A stretch of DNA of 64,000 bases from a virus (IMGVR_UViG_2531839014_000003:1-64000); one strand, 5' to 3'. Shown: positions 19,335 through 30,580, counted from the stretch's first letter. Notes: generated by a model from the sequence alone, not told the origin. Translations and numbers: made by a program.

Positions 19335-22300
19335 TTATTCCACCTTTGTCCTTTCAGATTGTAACAACAAAGTACCATCATCATATATTTCTTGGATTCT
19401 ATTAACTGTGTGTTGGTAAATTGTGTCTTTATATATCATTGGTCTAAAACTGTCTTCTCTCCTGATTCCTGCTATAACGATTTTAGACCCACGACTCAAC
19501 CAACTTTTTTCAAGAACTGTCTTTTTATCACTGTTTGGATCAAGTTTTGCCGAAATCTGTTTATTGTAAAAAGCATAATGTCCTTTATTAAATTTCACTT
19601 GTACAGCACCATATTTAGTCAAAAGGGTTACCATGCAATGCAAATTATCAGCATTTATCACTGTTCCAGCAATTCTTGAAATCTTAAATTTAGGAATTTG
19701 TTTAGGTGAACCATCTATATATCGAGTATAATAGTCATATGGTTCTGGCTCTTCTGGTAATTCAAAGAAATTAACTACACCATATAATTCTTCATTTATA
19801 TGCTCTAATTCATGTTCTCCGTCATAGAAACTTAGTGCTTGCATAGACCACGAAGGCAAAGTACCACTTGCATGTTTTTCCCAAATCGTGTTATATAAAG
19901 CATTGTTATAAAGTTCCAAAGTATCAGCATTATCAAACCAATCCTTTAATGGTTGAATTTTACTATCTACTTCTTTTGTAAATAACTTCTCCGAAACTAT
20001 GTAATAATCTCCTTTTATATCCACAACCGAATCTTCTGTAAAATGTTCTTTGAAGAATGGTTGAGAATTATTGTCTAAAATATAGTAGCCATCGTGATAA
20101 CCTCGTTTTGGTATCTTTTTACCTTCTTCAATATGCTTTTCATATAAACCTTCATCGTCTAATACATATTTCTTGAAATTCACCATTCTTACAGCTAAAT
20201 CCAATGAATCAGGAATAATCTTTAGTTCTCTTAATTTATCAAACTGTTGCATTGTAATCTTTTCGCTAGGTGTAAAAACATATTTTTTTAAGAACCAATG
20301 CATTGTGTCTCTTCTATCCTGTGAATGCAAATCAGTAAAACAACCGGCTTTTATTAACTGAACCATTTTAGAAGTGGTAATTAGCTTTGTATCTAACATC
20401 TTTTCAGCAAAATTTTCAATAGAATCAAATGCTCTATTCTGTACAATATTTTGTACAATCTCATCACCAATACCATTGATACCCTTTAAACCGAAAATAA
20501 TACGGTTATGATCCACATCAGGTTTAAAACCAAATTCGGCTGTGTTGATAAGTGGTAACTCTACTTTTACATTCTCTTTTTGTACGGATGCTATCGCTAC
20601 TGCCATCTTGCCATAATTGGTAGAATCACCAGCATTTTCATCAACGGCTCCTGAATCAACAATCAAATTCGCTGTCTGCCAATAAATAGGATTGTATTTA
20701 TAGCACAAATTCAATTCTTGTAAGCCAATAATTGAATAAGCAAGCGTATGTGATTTATTAAAACCGTATCCTCTCTGTGTGCAAATCAGTACATTCCAAA
20801 CATAGTTGGTTAAATTCTTTGATAAATTCTTCTCTTTTGCATTTGCAAAAAACTCTTCTTGTAACTGTAAAAACTCTTTAGGTTTTTTCTTTGCTACTGC
20901 TTTTCTTAATCTATCTCCCCAAGCCAGCGAAAAACCACCAATTTTAGGATGTTGTGTCAACAACACTAAATACTCTTGTGCTTCACAAATACCAAAAGAT
21001 ACACCAATAATGTCTTTTAAGATGTTCTGTTCTTCTTGTGTAAGACCATATTCAGCCATTTCATCATACCAACACTGGATATTTTCTCTGAATCTCGCAT
21101 ATTTTTGTAATGGCGACTCAGCCCCTTTTTCCTGTGCCATTAGTCGCAACACAGAGTTGATAGTTGCCAATTCATCAACAGAAGCAGGTTTTGCCAAAGC
21201 AACAGCCTGTACACCGCTTTCTTTCTCCATCTGGAAGAATGACATTACCTTATGATTCCATAACATCTCCCACATTTCTTTGGCTTCACGTTCAAGTGTA
21301 TATACACCAATATATTTTTCGTAAGTAGATTTCAAAGAGCCTTGCCACTCAATCAAATTGTTCTCCAATAGCAATTCTAATTCTGCTTGCATTTTATCTA
21401 ATGCATCAATACACAGCAGATCCACTTTAATCAAGGAGCAGTCCTCACACATATGTAAGTCAAACTGCGTAATAATATCACCAGAATTTGTTTTCATCAG
21501 TGCTGTAGTATCAGTAAATGGTTTATCTACAAGAATAACGCCTCCTGCATGTGAGCCGACACCATTAACCAATCCTTCTATCTTTTGTGCAGCTTCCCAT
21601 AATTCAGGGTATCTATCCATTTCTGTAACAAATTCTCTTACTGGTGGATTATCATCGTCCCCATAGTACATTTGAGACAATGTTCTTAATTGTCCTCTAT
21701 CAGCTACAATCAAAGAACTGATATATTGTGCAATATCATTATCAATTTTCAAGCCACGAGCTGCTGTTAGGATAGCACTTCTACTCTTTTCAGTAGATAA
21801 AGTCATAACTTTACTAACTCTATCTTCTCCATAAATGTCTTTCATTGCTTGAATAACTGTTTCTCGCTTTGAACCACATATATCTATATCTATATCCAAT
21901 ACAGAAGCACGTTCTGGGTTCAAAAATCTCCAAGGATATGTTTTTGTCTTCTCCCTTAAAGGATTGATCTGTGTAATTCCAAGTATGTTTAACAGACAAA
22001 AGCCAACACCTGAACCACGACCTGCTCCTACCAACGTTCCAGCATTCCAGGCAATCTCTACATCAATCGCAATCTGTAAAAGATATTTAGACCAACGTAC
22101 TTCCATTTTTTCGGAAGAATCTTTAATATAATGTAAACACTCATTGATTTTTTCATATGCTTCTTCTGTACGGTAGTATTCATCTGTATCAATTTCTTCT
22201 ATAATTTCCCTTACTAAATGTCTGTCGCAATCATGTTCTGACTCATAAAATGCCTTTAATAAAGGGATATTATTTTTATATTTTTCATATAGTGCTTTAT

Positions 22301-23273
22301 CAGGTTCATTTGTATTTAAAGGAATATATGGTATATCCAAATCTTTTGTTAATTTGTAATATTCTGCTTTTTCATATATAAGCATTGTATTATCTAAACT
22401 CTTTTGCACTTCTTCATGTCCATAATATTCATCCATATATTCGTGAATCTCTTCTTCGCTCATAATGTATGTAGTTGAATAAAAATCATCGACTTCCCTA
22501 TCGCCCTCTTGTGATTCAAGAAAAATTTTATGAATCTCTCTATCTTCTTTCTTCAAATAATGGGCATCAGTTGTTATGATATAAGGTGTGTTTGTTTCTT
22601 TCGATAACTGTATAAGTTTATGATTAACATATATCTGTTCTGCCATATGAGAAGGCTGTAATTCTAAAAAGAAATAACCTTCACCAAATATCTCGTTCAT
22701 ATAGGCAATCCAATCTTTACAAGATTGCCAAATTTCAGCATATTGTTTTGGATTGTTTCGCTCTAAATCTTGAAACTGCAATAATCTATGTGGTAACGCC
22801 CCTCCAAGACAAGCACTGCTTCCTACAATATCTCCTTTATAGTTCGTCATTATTTCTTCGAGATCACTATAATATGTAGGAACTCGCATCATAACATGCA
22901 TAAAAGAGTTTTGAATCCATGCCTTTGTACTTAATTCTCTTATACCCTTATGACCGTTTGCATTAAGTGCTACCAAAATAAAATGAGGATAACGATTATT
23001 AAATTTATTCTCAGCCGTTACATCTTCTGTGCATAAATAAATCTCGTTACCAAGTACAACCTTAAAACCTTTCCATTCTTCTAAATCTTTTTTACTGTCA
23101 TAGTATTTTAGTGCGTCTAATGAGGAAGTAATAGATTCATGCTCTGTAAAGCAAATACCAGAATGCCCCAATGAGTGAGCATATTCAATCATTTCTGGTA
23201 TTTTATTGATAGAATCTCTTAATCTTAGATTACTTCCCTCCGCACTATGGTTGTGTACTCCAAAAAAACTCAC
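19335..23273 (-). CDS. dnaE: DNA polymerase III alpha subunit
   Basis: PHP domain HNHS/TEH/DAHY, GRGSG, DIDID, GSHAGG, YGFNKSH. Confidence 0.95.
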   Translation of the reverse strand: MSFFGVHNHSAEGSNLRLRDSINKIPEMIEYAHSLGHSGICFTEHESITSSLDALKYYDSKKDLEEWKGFKVVLGNEIYLCTEDVTAENKFNNRYPHFILVALNANGHKGIRELSTKAWIQNSFMHVMMRVPTYYSDLEEIMTNYKGDIVGSSACLGGALPHRLLQFQDLERNNPKQYAEIWQSCKDWIAYMNEIFGEGYFFLELQPSHMAEQIYVNHKLIQLSKETNTPYIITTDAHYLKKEDREIHKIFLESQEGDREVDDFYSTTYIMSEEEIHEYMDEYYGHEEVQKSLDNTMLIYEKAEYYKLTKDLDIPYIPLNTNEPDKALYEKYKNNIPLLKAFYESEHDCDRHLVREIIEEIDTDEYYRTEEAYEKINECLHYIKDSSEKMEVRWSKYLLQIAIDVEIAWNAGTLVGAGRGSGVGFCLLNILGITQINPLREKTKTYPWRFLNPERASVLDIDIDICGSKRETVIQAMKDIYGEDRVSKVMTLSTEKSRSAILTAARGLKIDNDIAQYISSLIVADRGQLRTLSQMYYGDDDNPPVREFVTEMDRYPELWEAAQKIEGLVNGVGSHAGGVILVDKPFTDTTALMKTNSGDIITQFDLHMCEDCSLIKVDLLCIDALDKMQAELELLLENNLIEWQGSLKSTYEKYIGVYTLEREAKEMWEMLWNHKVMSFFQMEKESGVQAVALAKPASVDELATINSVLRLMAQEKGAESPLQKYARFRENIQCWYDEMAEYGLTQEEQNILKDIIGVSFGICEAQEYLVLLTQHPKIGGFSLAWGDRLRKAVAKKKPKEFLQLQEEFFANAKEKNLSKNLTNYVWNVLICTQRGYGFNKSHTLAYSIIGLQELNLCYKYNPIYWQTANLIVDSGAVDENAGDSTNYGKMAVAIASVQKENVKVELPLINTAEFGFKPDVDHNRIIFGLKGINGIGDEIVQNIVQNRAFDSIENFAEKMLDTKLITTSKMVQLIKAGCFTDLHSQDRRDTMHWFLKKYVFTPSEKITMQQFDKLRELKIIPDSLDLAVRMVNFKKYVLDDEGLYEKHIEEGKKIPKRGYHDGYYILDNNSQPFFKEHFTEDSVVDIKGDYYIVSEKLFTKEVDSKIQPLKDWFDNADTLELYNNALYNTIWEKHASGTLPSWSMQALSFYDGEHELEHINEELYGVVNFFELPEEPEPYDYYTRYIDGSPKQIPKFKISRIAGTVINADNLHCMVTLLTKYGAVQVKFNKGHYAFYNKQISAKLDPNSDKKTVLEKSWLSRGSKIVIAGIRREDSFRPMIYKDTIYQHTVNRIQEIYDDGTLLLQSERTKVE

Positions 23274-23291
23274 TCATTTCCTCCTTGTTTC

Positions 23292-24041
23292 TCATAATTG
23301 TTTTAATAAACTTCTAAGTGGTTCTCTACCATAATTCTCTTTTAGCCAGTCGATATATCCCCTATCTTCAGATGCAACTTCTACCAATCGCTTATCTTTA
23401 TACTTGCCGAAATTTAAAATAAAGGTATCTATTGGTGGTAATTCTGGCTTTTTCCAATCATCAAATTCCATCTCTAAAGGTTTTCTGGAAGCAAGATAAT
23501 CAGCTAAATGTACTATCTCTTGATATTTGTCATTTGGTTTTGGTAAAATAATTCCTTTATCTTTTACCTTATTTGAAGTGTTCCATTGTCCCATGTGACT
23601 TTCAATACTATGAGCTATAATCTCTATTTCTTCATCTGAAATAATATTGTTTCCCTTATATGCCCTAACTGCATCAGCCATTAATAATGGATGATCAAAA
23701 ACAGTAAACACTTCTTTTACATCATCACTTGCACCTGATTTCCTACCATCGTGAACTAAACCGGCGCATCTTAATAAATCTCGCTCTCTGTCTGTATAAT
23801 ATTTTTGATACTGTTCTAAATCGAAAAACCAATTTAAAAACCGTACAACTGATATACTGTGTCTCATCAAACCACCTTCACCCAATGCATATGATGGATG
23901 ATACTTGCCTGTTGAAGATGCAGGTACTTCCCACCAATACAAAGGAAGATTTTCAATCAATACTTGACAAAATTCTTTTATATCTGCATTTTCAAAACTA
24001 TCAAGAATAGGTTCTATCATTTTCATTTGTTCTTCTGTCAT
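23292..24041 (-). CDS. HD-domain protein
   Basis: PASSTGKYHP..GGLMRH, VHD, SHMG, HLADYLASR. Confidence 0.8.
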   Translation of the reverse strand: MTEEQMKMIEPILDSFENADIKEFCQVLIENLPLYWWEVPASSTGKYHPSYALGEGGLMRHSISVVRFLNWFFDLEQYQKYYTDRERDLLRCAGLVHDGRKSGASDDVKEVFTVFDHPLLMADAVRAYKGNNIISDEEIEIIAHSIESHMGQWNTSNKVKDKGIILPKPNDKYQEIVHLADYLASRKPLEMEFDDWKKPELPPIDTFILNFGKYKDKRLVEVASEDRGYIDWLKENYGREPLRSLLKQL

Positions 24042-25012
24042 TAAAACACCAACTTTCTTTTAGGAGTTGATCCTATATTCTCTAAAGCATTCCACTTTTT
24101 ATTTACCTCAAATGTCTTCTGTGTCGGAGTCCATTTAGAGAAAAATTCACACTCATTTCTATAAATCGTTGCTTCTGGATTAGTTTGGCAGAAATTACAC
24201 CAATGACATAAAGGAGATGGTTTTGGAATAAAAATTTCTTTCTTTTCACTTACTTCTATTTCTCCAAATACTTTGTCTAATGCTTTTATTAAACGCTTCT
24301 CCCATCCTTTTGTAAGAGCATATTGCTCATCATCAATAAGGATAAACCTATATATTGATTCAATAGGCAATACTCCAAACTCACTTAAAATTGCCAAAGC
24401 ATAAATACCAAACTGTAAAGATGTAGCCAATTTACTTTGCTCATAAATCTTTTTTGATGTTTTATAATCTACAGTTCTATATTGATCGCCTTTTACATCT
24501 ATTCGATCTATAAAACCCTTCAAAATCACTTTATCGTCCCAAACAAATTCAAAAGGCTTCTCAAAATATGTAGGCTTCCATTCAGTATCTTCCATTTCTT
24601 CATGTAATACCTGATTAAATAACCTGACTTTTTCATCATATGAAGCACCACTAGCATTATCAGCTTCGTGCCATACTTCAAAATATTTTTTCTTTAGTTG
24701 ATATACACCTAACAGTTTTTCTTTTGTTTTTTCATCTGTTTCGGTTGTGCCATTCATCAAAATATCATTCAGCTTATCGTAGTTCACAGCTTGCCCATCG
24801 GCAACCATTCTCCCTTTTTGTTCCAAAACATAATGGCATAAACTACCAAGTTCTAATGCAATTGAAGTGTCCTGCGAATACTTCTTTTCAATATATTTGT
24901 ATCTATATTGCAACGGACAATTTTTAAAAACTTCTATTTTACTATATGAAAATACTGAAAGTTCTTTATCATTCTCCGTTACAGGTCTGATTCTATTTAA
25001 TAATTCTTGCAA
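24041..25012 (-). CDS. PD-(D/E)xK RecB/AddB-like nuclease
   Basis: SYS..F..CP, GFIDRID, DYKTS, Q..IY, C.WC.F...C. Confidence 0.88.
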   Translation of the reverse strand: MQELLNRIRPVTENDKELSVFSYSKIEVFKNCPLQYRYKYIEKKYSQDTSIALELGSLCHYVLEQKGRMVADGQAVNYDKLNDILMNGTTETDEKTKEKLLGVYQLKKKYFEVWHEADNASGASYDEKVRLFNQVLHEEMEDTEWKPTYFEKPFEFVWDDKVILKGFIDRIDVKGDQYRTVDYKTSKKIYEQSKLATSLQFGIYALAILSEFGVLPIESIYRFILIDDEQYALTKGWEKRLIKALDKVFGEIEVSEKKEIFIPKPSPLCHWCNFCQTNPEATIYRNECEFFSKWTPTQKTFEVNKKWNALENIGSTPKRKLVF

Positions 25013-26179
25013 TTATTTCTCCTTCTTCATTTCTTTTAATACTCTGTTGACTTCATCCATTGTAATAACAATCTTTTCATCAAGTAGTTCTAATAAAACA
25101 TCTTTCCCCATATCTGTCGGACTTGCTTTATACGGTAATCTATTTTCACTATCCAAAAGAAGACATACCTTGCAATACGGAACAATATTTGCTACCTTTT
25201 TTACCAATTTGTTATAGTAAATCTCAGCCTCAAAAGAATGTGGATCATGATATTCTCTATCAAAAGCCAAAATAATTTCTTCACATTTTAAATAATGAAG
25301 TAGCAATTTCTGTTGAGTTAAAGTAATATTGCTGCCACAAGTTGCCAAGGTAAATGAATCATCTCCAAAATAAGAATAATTCTGCATACAACCTTTCTCG
25401 GACTCTAGTATCATTGCTTTTCTAATACTTTTAATTTTGTCTTGTGTTACATTAATGCCATATAAATTAGACCCTAATTGATGACTTAAAAATCTACCAT
25501 TGATTTGTAAAGGAACATATTTGCCAACTCTTTCAATATCACTTTCATCAAGATATCTACCCCTTATGCCAATTAAACGATTATCTTTATCTCGATGAGG
25601 TATCACAATCTGATTTGTCAATCCATAGTAACCAATTTCATATCTGCTTAATGCCTCACGAGAAATATTGTCATTTAACCAATCTTCATGAGGAGCATAA
25701 TAAAAAGTATCTAGCACATTTTCATTTATTTCTGATAATGTAGGTACTTCTTTTTTATTCTTTTTAACCGACTTCAAACGATTTATCCATTCAAAATCAT
25801 TGATACGCTTCTTTTCTTTTTCTATCTCTTCTGCACTGGTAACTGTCAATTTATTTGTCAATTGACCAATATATTTCAGTGCCTTATACCAAGTAATTGT
25901 TTTTCCTTTTACTCGATTTGCTCTAATAACTAACTCAACAATATTAAAACTATCTGAACATCTGGAATAACAATGAAAAGTTCTGCCCTTATATTCCTTT
26001 TCTATATTTGGTTCGTGATAGTAATATAATTTCCACGAATCTGATCCGTGACACACTGATTGAAAAATCAAATCACCATTACTATCTGCTTTTGGATAAG
26101 CTGATCCAAGATTTATAACAATTTTTATAATATCTTCTTTGGTAAGTGAGTTAAGAATTGCATCTTTATCTAAATACAT
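25013..26179 (-). CDS. Phage DNA primase
   Basis: CH..HCY..C zinc finger, IPH, GIRGR, ESEK, AFD TOPRIM motifs. Confidence 0.85.
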   Translation of the reverse strand: MYLDKDAILNSLTKEDIIKIVINLGSAYPKADSNGDLIFQSVCHGSDSWKLYYYHEPNIEKEYKGRTFHCYSRCSDSFNIVELVIRANRVKGKTITWYKALKYIGQLTNKLTVTSAEEIEKEKKRINDFEWINRLKSVKKNKKEVPTLSEINENVLDTFYYAPHEDWLNDNISREALSRYEIGYYGLTNQIVIPHRDKDNRLIGIRGRYLDESDIERVGKYVPLQINGRFLSHQLGSNLYGINVTQDKIKSIRKAMILESEKGCMQNYSYFGDDSFTLATCGSNITLTQQKLLLHYLKCEEIILAFDREYHDPHSFEAEIYYNKLVKKVANIVPYCKVCLLLDSENRLPYKASPTDMGKDVLLELLDEKIVITMDEVNRVLKEMKKEK

Positions 26180-26192
26180 ATCATCACCTCAC

Positions 26193-27821
26193 TTACCAAT
26201 TTCCCCAACTTTTCTTATCAGTTGGTTCTTCCTCTGTTTCTTCACCCGTTGGACTATCTGGCACTTGTGATAACAATACAGAATGTTCTTTTATTTTTTC
26301 TTCTACCTGTTCAATCTTGGTAAAATCCATGTCAATCAATTCAAAATCATAATTTGTAACAAACAGACATTGTTCTGTCATTGTTCCCAAATCAATTTTT
26401 GTCCATATAATAATTCGTGTTAATCTCCCTCGCCTGACCTTATATACCCAATGACACATATTTGGAACTGGCATATTAACCATCTTATGTAATACTGCTT
26501 CAATCTTTTTTCTTTCAGCCTTTGTTGGAGCCATTGAAATAACACCCATATCCAGTTTATTTGCCAATGCTTTAGAACCAGCCAGCAAATTTTGGTCTTT
26601 ATATAAAGCGTTTTGTGCTTCTCCATTCAACTGTGAAGCCGTGTAAATAAATATGTCTAATTGCTGTGCTATTGTTTTTAATTCTGTTGCAAATACCAAC
26701 AATAATTGATGTTCCTTTAGTCCCATTCCAGATTTACCATTAACTTCTGCCATCAATCTTAATGAAGTATGAATGTAATCAAAGAAAAAATATCTGACTG
26801 AAAACTCTCTATTGTACTTCTTTATCTGGTTTTTAATATCCTCAATAGAAAAATCTGGAATATGAACTATGTATAATGGACTGGATTCTATGTAAGAAAT
26901 GGCTTGTTCTACTCTTTCAAGTTCTCCTTTTTCATAATCACCATATAAAATATGCTCTTCATTTACTTTACTAACAGCAGCAATAAGCAATGTTTGGATC
27001 TCATCTACTGGCATTTCTGTTGAAAAAATAGTAGTCGGTTCACAATTGCCTGTATAAATATATTGTTTTTTAACCACATCATAAACGTATGGGACTGCTA
27101 TTTTACTAGCATCTCCTGCCGCCATTCTTGTTTTACCTCCACCTTGGGGACAGGAACGCATAAACAAACATCCTAATCTTGCTCCTCTTGATACCGTATT
27201 AAGACCATCATTATTCAGAGCCATGCCAACATCAGGAACTTCCATCAATTCATTTACTAAATCTGTCATGCCTTCACCAGCTTGTACATCGGTACTTAGG
27301 GTGTTAGTACAATATTTCATATTAGGATTAATAACGAAAGTAGTTTCAACCATTTCAATGATGTCTTGCTCTGTATAATTATCAAACTTAATTTGCTCTG
27401 CTTCCATTTTTGAAGTGTCAGCAATGGTACTATCAAAAATAAATCTGGTATCTAAACCTTGTTTCTCGTAGTATCTAAGCAAAGAATACTTTCTCAATCT
27501 GTGATAGTAATATTCATAATTTTCAAGTGTTGCCATTTCTCTAGCATTAGATAAATATTCAATGCCTTGATTCTCTTGAAAAATAGAATATTGCTCTTTA
27601 TAATTGCTTAAATAAGAATCTATGCTAAACTCATCAATCGTGCTGCAACCTTGCATATGCAGATTGTAAACAGCAACAAAAAGCAGTTCATAAAAGTTTT
27701 CTGTATTGAAATCTGTTCTGTCTAATGGTCGGTCTATATCGTCTATCAATGATGAATCTTGTAACAAACACCCTATTGTATTCAAATATGCTCTTTTGTC
27801 TACAAGCCCTTCATGAGCCAT
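26193..27821 (-). CDS. DnaB-like replicative helicase
   Basis: GGGKTR, STEM, FDYI, SQLN, KVRRG. Confidence 0.88.
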   Translation of the reverse strand: MAHEGLVDKRAYLNTIGCLLQDSSLIDDIDRPLDRTDFNTENFYELLFVAVYNLHMQGCSTIDEFSIDSYLSNYKEQYSIFQENQGIEYLSNAREMATLENYEYYYHRLRKYSLLRYYEKQGLDTRFIFDSTIADTSKMEAEQIKFDNYTEQDIIEMVETTFVINPNMKYCTNTLSTDVQAGEGMTDLVNELMEVPDVGMALNNDGLNTVSRGARLGCLFMRSCPQGGGKTRMAAGDASKIAVPYVYDVVKKQYIYTGNCEPTTIFSTEMPVDEIQTLLIAAVSKVNEEHILYGDYEKGELERVEQAISYIESSPLYIVHIPDFSIEDIKNQIKKYNREFSVRYFFFDYIHTSLRLMAEVNGKSGMGLKEHQLLLVFATELKTIAQQLDIFIYTASQLNGEAQNALYKDQNLLAGSKALANKLDMGVISMAPTKAERKKIEAVLHKMVNMPVPNMCHWVYKVRRGRLTRIIIWTKIDLGTMTEQCLFVTNYDFELIDMDFTKIEQVEEKIKEHSVLLSQVPDSPTGEETEEEPTDKKSWGNW

Positions 27822-28411
27822 TAATCCACCCCTTTCTTAATTGATTCAATATCAATCTGTTTTACTTTTCTCTTTTTGGGTTGGACTCTAATCGTCTTTT
27901 CTTTGTACATGTTTGAAACATCTACACCCTCATTCAGTTCCAGTACCTTATTTATAGAGTCATAATATTGCATCGCTTCGCTGTAATAATATGGAATGAT
28001 CCCTACAATATCGCCAGTTAAATCTTTTTCAATAATCTCATGTAAATAAACCAATGTCTGATACATGGTTTCATAAGTAAAACTGTAACGCTTAATATAG
28101 TCTTCTGTTAACGCATATACCTTTGCACTTAACTCTTGTTCTTCAACAATACTTCTTAAATACTTATAATATTGTTGTTTCTTTTCATATTCTTCTTCTG
28201 ATAATGCTTCTTTTAATTCGGCTTGAGGTTTTGGTTTTCTGCCACGTTTCTTTTTTTCAGCAACCTTGTCTATCTGTTTACTTTTATCTTTCTGTAATGT
28301 TTTAATCGCAATATTAAAACACTTTTGATGAGCATAGCGTCCTTTATATGGAACGCTTTGCTCATCTGTAATTAGTTCATTGCATATACAACATTTATTT
28401 AGTTGAGTCAT
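27821..28411 (-). CDS. Conserved phage replication-operon protein (possible helicase loader)
   Basis: CxxC..HxxC N-terminus; directly upstream of helicase. Confidence 0.5.
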   Translation of the reverse strand: MTQLNKCCICNELITDEQSVPYKGRYAHQKCFNIAIKTLQKDKSKQIDKVAEKKKRGRKPKPQAELKEALSEEEYEKKQQYYKYLRSIVEEQELSAKVYALTEDYIKRYSFTYETMYQTLVYLHEIIEKDLTGDIVGIIPYYYSEAMQYYDSINKVLELNEGVDVSNMYKEKTIRVQPKKRKVKQIDIESIKKGVD

Positions 28412-28423
28412 TCACAATTAACC

Positions 28424-29410
28424 TTATAAATTATTTTCTTCAATAAAACTTTCAATGTCATAGATGATAGATTCGATAAGCTGTTCCTGACCCTTTTTTA
28501 GATCACTTGCTTTCTTGCCCTCGCCTAACTGATTAGCCACAATTGACTGTAAATCTTCAAGATAACCATTATCAGCTAACTTCTCACCTAATGACTGTAA
28601 CTGATCCATCAAATCATCATATGTCTTTACAGCAACCGTTCTCTGTGCCTTCTGCTCTGCAAAAGTTACAGCCGTAATTCCTTCTTCTCTCTCCTGAATC
28701 TCAATCGCCTTAACAATCACATCTTCAAGAGCTTCTGCTGTAAACTCTTCAATATAAGTTGTAGGAAGATAATCGAAACGAGAACGAGCAAAAAACTCAT
28801 CAGTCTGTGCCAAATAACCGGAAGACTTTACAACCTTACCATCCTTATCAACACCATTAGAACGCACATATACGCATAAATCTGTATTATTGATAATAGG
28901 TGACAATGCTCTCTTATCTGCTTTAGGAGAAATAAAACCTTCCTTTTCCTGTGCATGAGCTATAAAATAACAACAATATCCAGCACCTACCAACTTATTA
29001 ATCTGCTTCCAAAACTCAGTCTCATACTCTTTCCAAAGACCATATCCACCATTTCCTTCTCCAATAGAAGGTGCCTTATACTTCTGACAAATGAACTCCT
29101 GACAGTAATTAGCAGCCGCCTCAATCTCATCAAAGATGATTGTAGAATACATCTCTCTAGCTTTTTCTACTGTTGCAGGATCGGTCAACTGCTTATTAAT
29201 CTTGATAAAATCAGACCACTTAGTAATAGGGCAGAATGGAACACCAGGGATGGCATTAAGTCCTGCTTCAAACGGAAGATAAAACGGCTTCTTCATGCGT
29301 GTAGCCTGTTTCGTCTTTCCCAAGTTATTGCCACCATACACCAAAATTACCTTTCCCTCTAAACCTTTTGCAACTGTACTGACCTGTGGATTAAAAATAT
29401 CTAATTCCAT
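28424..29410 (-). CDS. AAA ATPase, Sak4-like single-strand annealing protein
   Basis: YGGNNLGKT, FEAG, IIFDE, FIAH. Confidence 0.75.
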   Translation of the reverse strand: MELDIFNPQVSTVAKGLEGKVILVYGGNNLGKTKQATRMKKPFYLPFEAGLNAIPGVPFCPITKWSDFIKINKQLTDPATVEKAREMYSTIIFDEIEAAANYCQEFICQKYKAPSIGEGNGGYGLWKEYETEFWKQINKLVGAGYCCYFIAHAQEKEGFISPKADKRALSPIINNTDLCVYVRSNGVDKDGKVVKSSGYLAQTDEFFARSRFDYLPTTYIEEFTAEALEDVIVKAIEIQEREEGITAVTFAEQKAQRTVAVKTYDDLMDQLQSLGEKLADNGYLEDLQSIVANQLGEGKKASDLKKGQEQLIESIIYDIESFIEENNL

Positions 29411-29502
29411 TAAAATGTTTTCCTCCTGATTTTTATGTATTTACTGTAATCAAAATGGTACATATTTTCATACTGTTTCATTTGTACCTACTGTCCGTTT
29501 CC

Positions 29503-30384
29503 TTAAAATCCTAAACTTCTACCATGTGCTGCCCCACTAGGCTTTGCGGTTCCATTGGGCTTTGCGCCACTCTGGGCTTTCGCTTTTGCTTCTTCAAGCT
29601 TATTCTTTCTTTCCTGAATAGCGGCTTCAATTGTTTCGGCTACATAAGGAAGCTCCGGTGTAATACCCTCTTCATAAGCTTCAGAAGCACCTGTAATAAT
29701 AAGATCACTCTTAAACTCTACAGAAACTTTCTTTCTCGGTTTGCCAATCTTTACAGGAATTTCAGTAACCGTTTCAATTCTGTTATTGATAATATCCCCA
29801 TAAAACTCTACAGTCTGTCCAGGTTCAAACCCAGAATCAACAGCCTGTGCAACTTCACCTTCAGCTACCAAATCAATCGGTTCAATTCCGTTATATGTAG
29901 GCATCCAACCACTAACAACTGTTCTTCCAGTTTCTATACCCTCTGTATCAAGTTCAGGATTGATACCAGAAATGAACATTTCTACTGAAAACTCTGCCTT
30001 TGGCTCAAGTTCCTCATCAACCTTTAATCTGTTAAAGAAATTGCTTCTGTAAGAAACAATCTTCTCACCATTCTTACCAGTAAACGGACTAAGATCACCA
30101 CTCACCTTAACCCTAGTAGCTTCTTCTTCTCCAACTTCTGCAATAGACTTGTACTCATTCATTACCGTCTGAATACCTGCGTAGGTCTTGTTGTCAGTAC
30201 CAGCATTTGTCTTTTCATTAACATTCACATTAAACTTAACAAAATTAACATCAGAAGTTTTTACTGTCAGACTACCTGTAATCTTTGTTTTTCCTTCCTC
30301 TGTTACAACCTTCAAATCCTTCTCGCTAACTACTCCGTGTACAAATGCCTTTGCGTTTGCCTGTCTTAAATTTGTTTCTGTCAT
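29503..30384 (-). CDS. Putative single-stranded DNA-binding protein
   Basis: Two OB-fold-like halves and low-complexity tail ending in Phe; first gene of the replication operon. Confidence 0.55.
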   Translation of the reverse strand: MTETNLRQANAKAFVHGVVSEKDLKVVTEEGKTKITGSLTVKTSDVNFVKFNVNVNEKTNAGTDNKTYAGIQTVMNEYKSIAEVGEEEATRVKVSGDLSPFTGKNGEKIVSYRSNFFNRLKVDEELEPKAEFSVEMFISGINPELDTEGIETGRTVVSGWMPTYNGIEPIDLVAEGEVAQAVDSGFEPGQTVEFYGDIINNRIETVTEIPVKIGKPRKKVSVEFKSDLIITGASEAYEEGITPELPYVAETIEAAIQERKNKLEEAKAKAQSGAKPNGTAKPSGAAHGRSLGF

Positions 30385-30533
30385 TAAAATAATCTCCTCC
30401 TAAATAAAAATTTGTAAAATAAATTAATAACTAACAAAACTAAAAATATGATAAACAGCCCTTTCAGACTGGAACATAGAAAGTCACTCTATATGAACAT
30501 CTATGATGAAACAGCTCTTTCATTGTGATTCAA

Positions 30534-30580
30534 TGACTATATATAGTATGCGCAAGCGCTCATCCATCTATATATAGTAA
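30534..30580. promoter_or_regulatory. Tandem NrdR boxes upstream of replication operon
   Basis: CTATATATAG at 30537 and 30568, 31 bp apart. Confidence 0.7.

Noticed and set aside
4945-27821. Inteins or group I introns in nrdD, ligA, recD2, dnaE or helicase
   Set aside because: ORFs are continuous, of expected size, with no splice-junction or homing-endonuclease motifs seen
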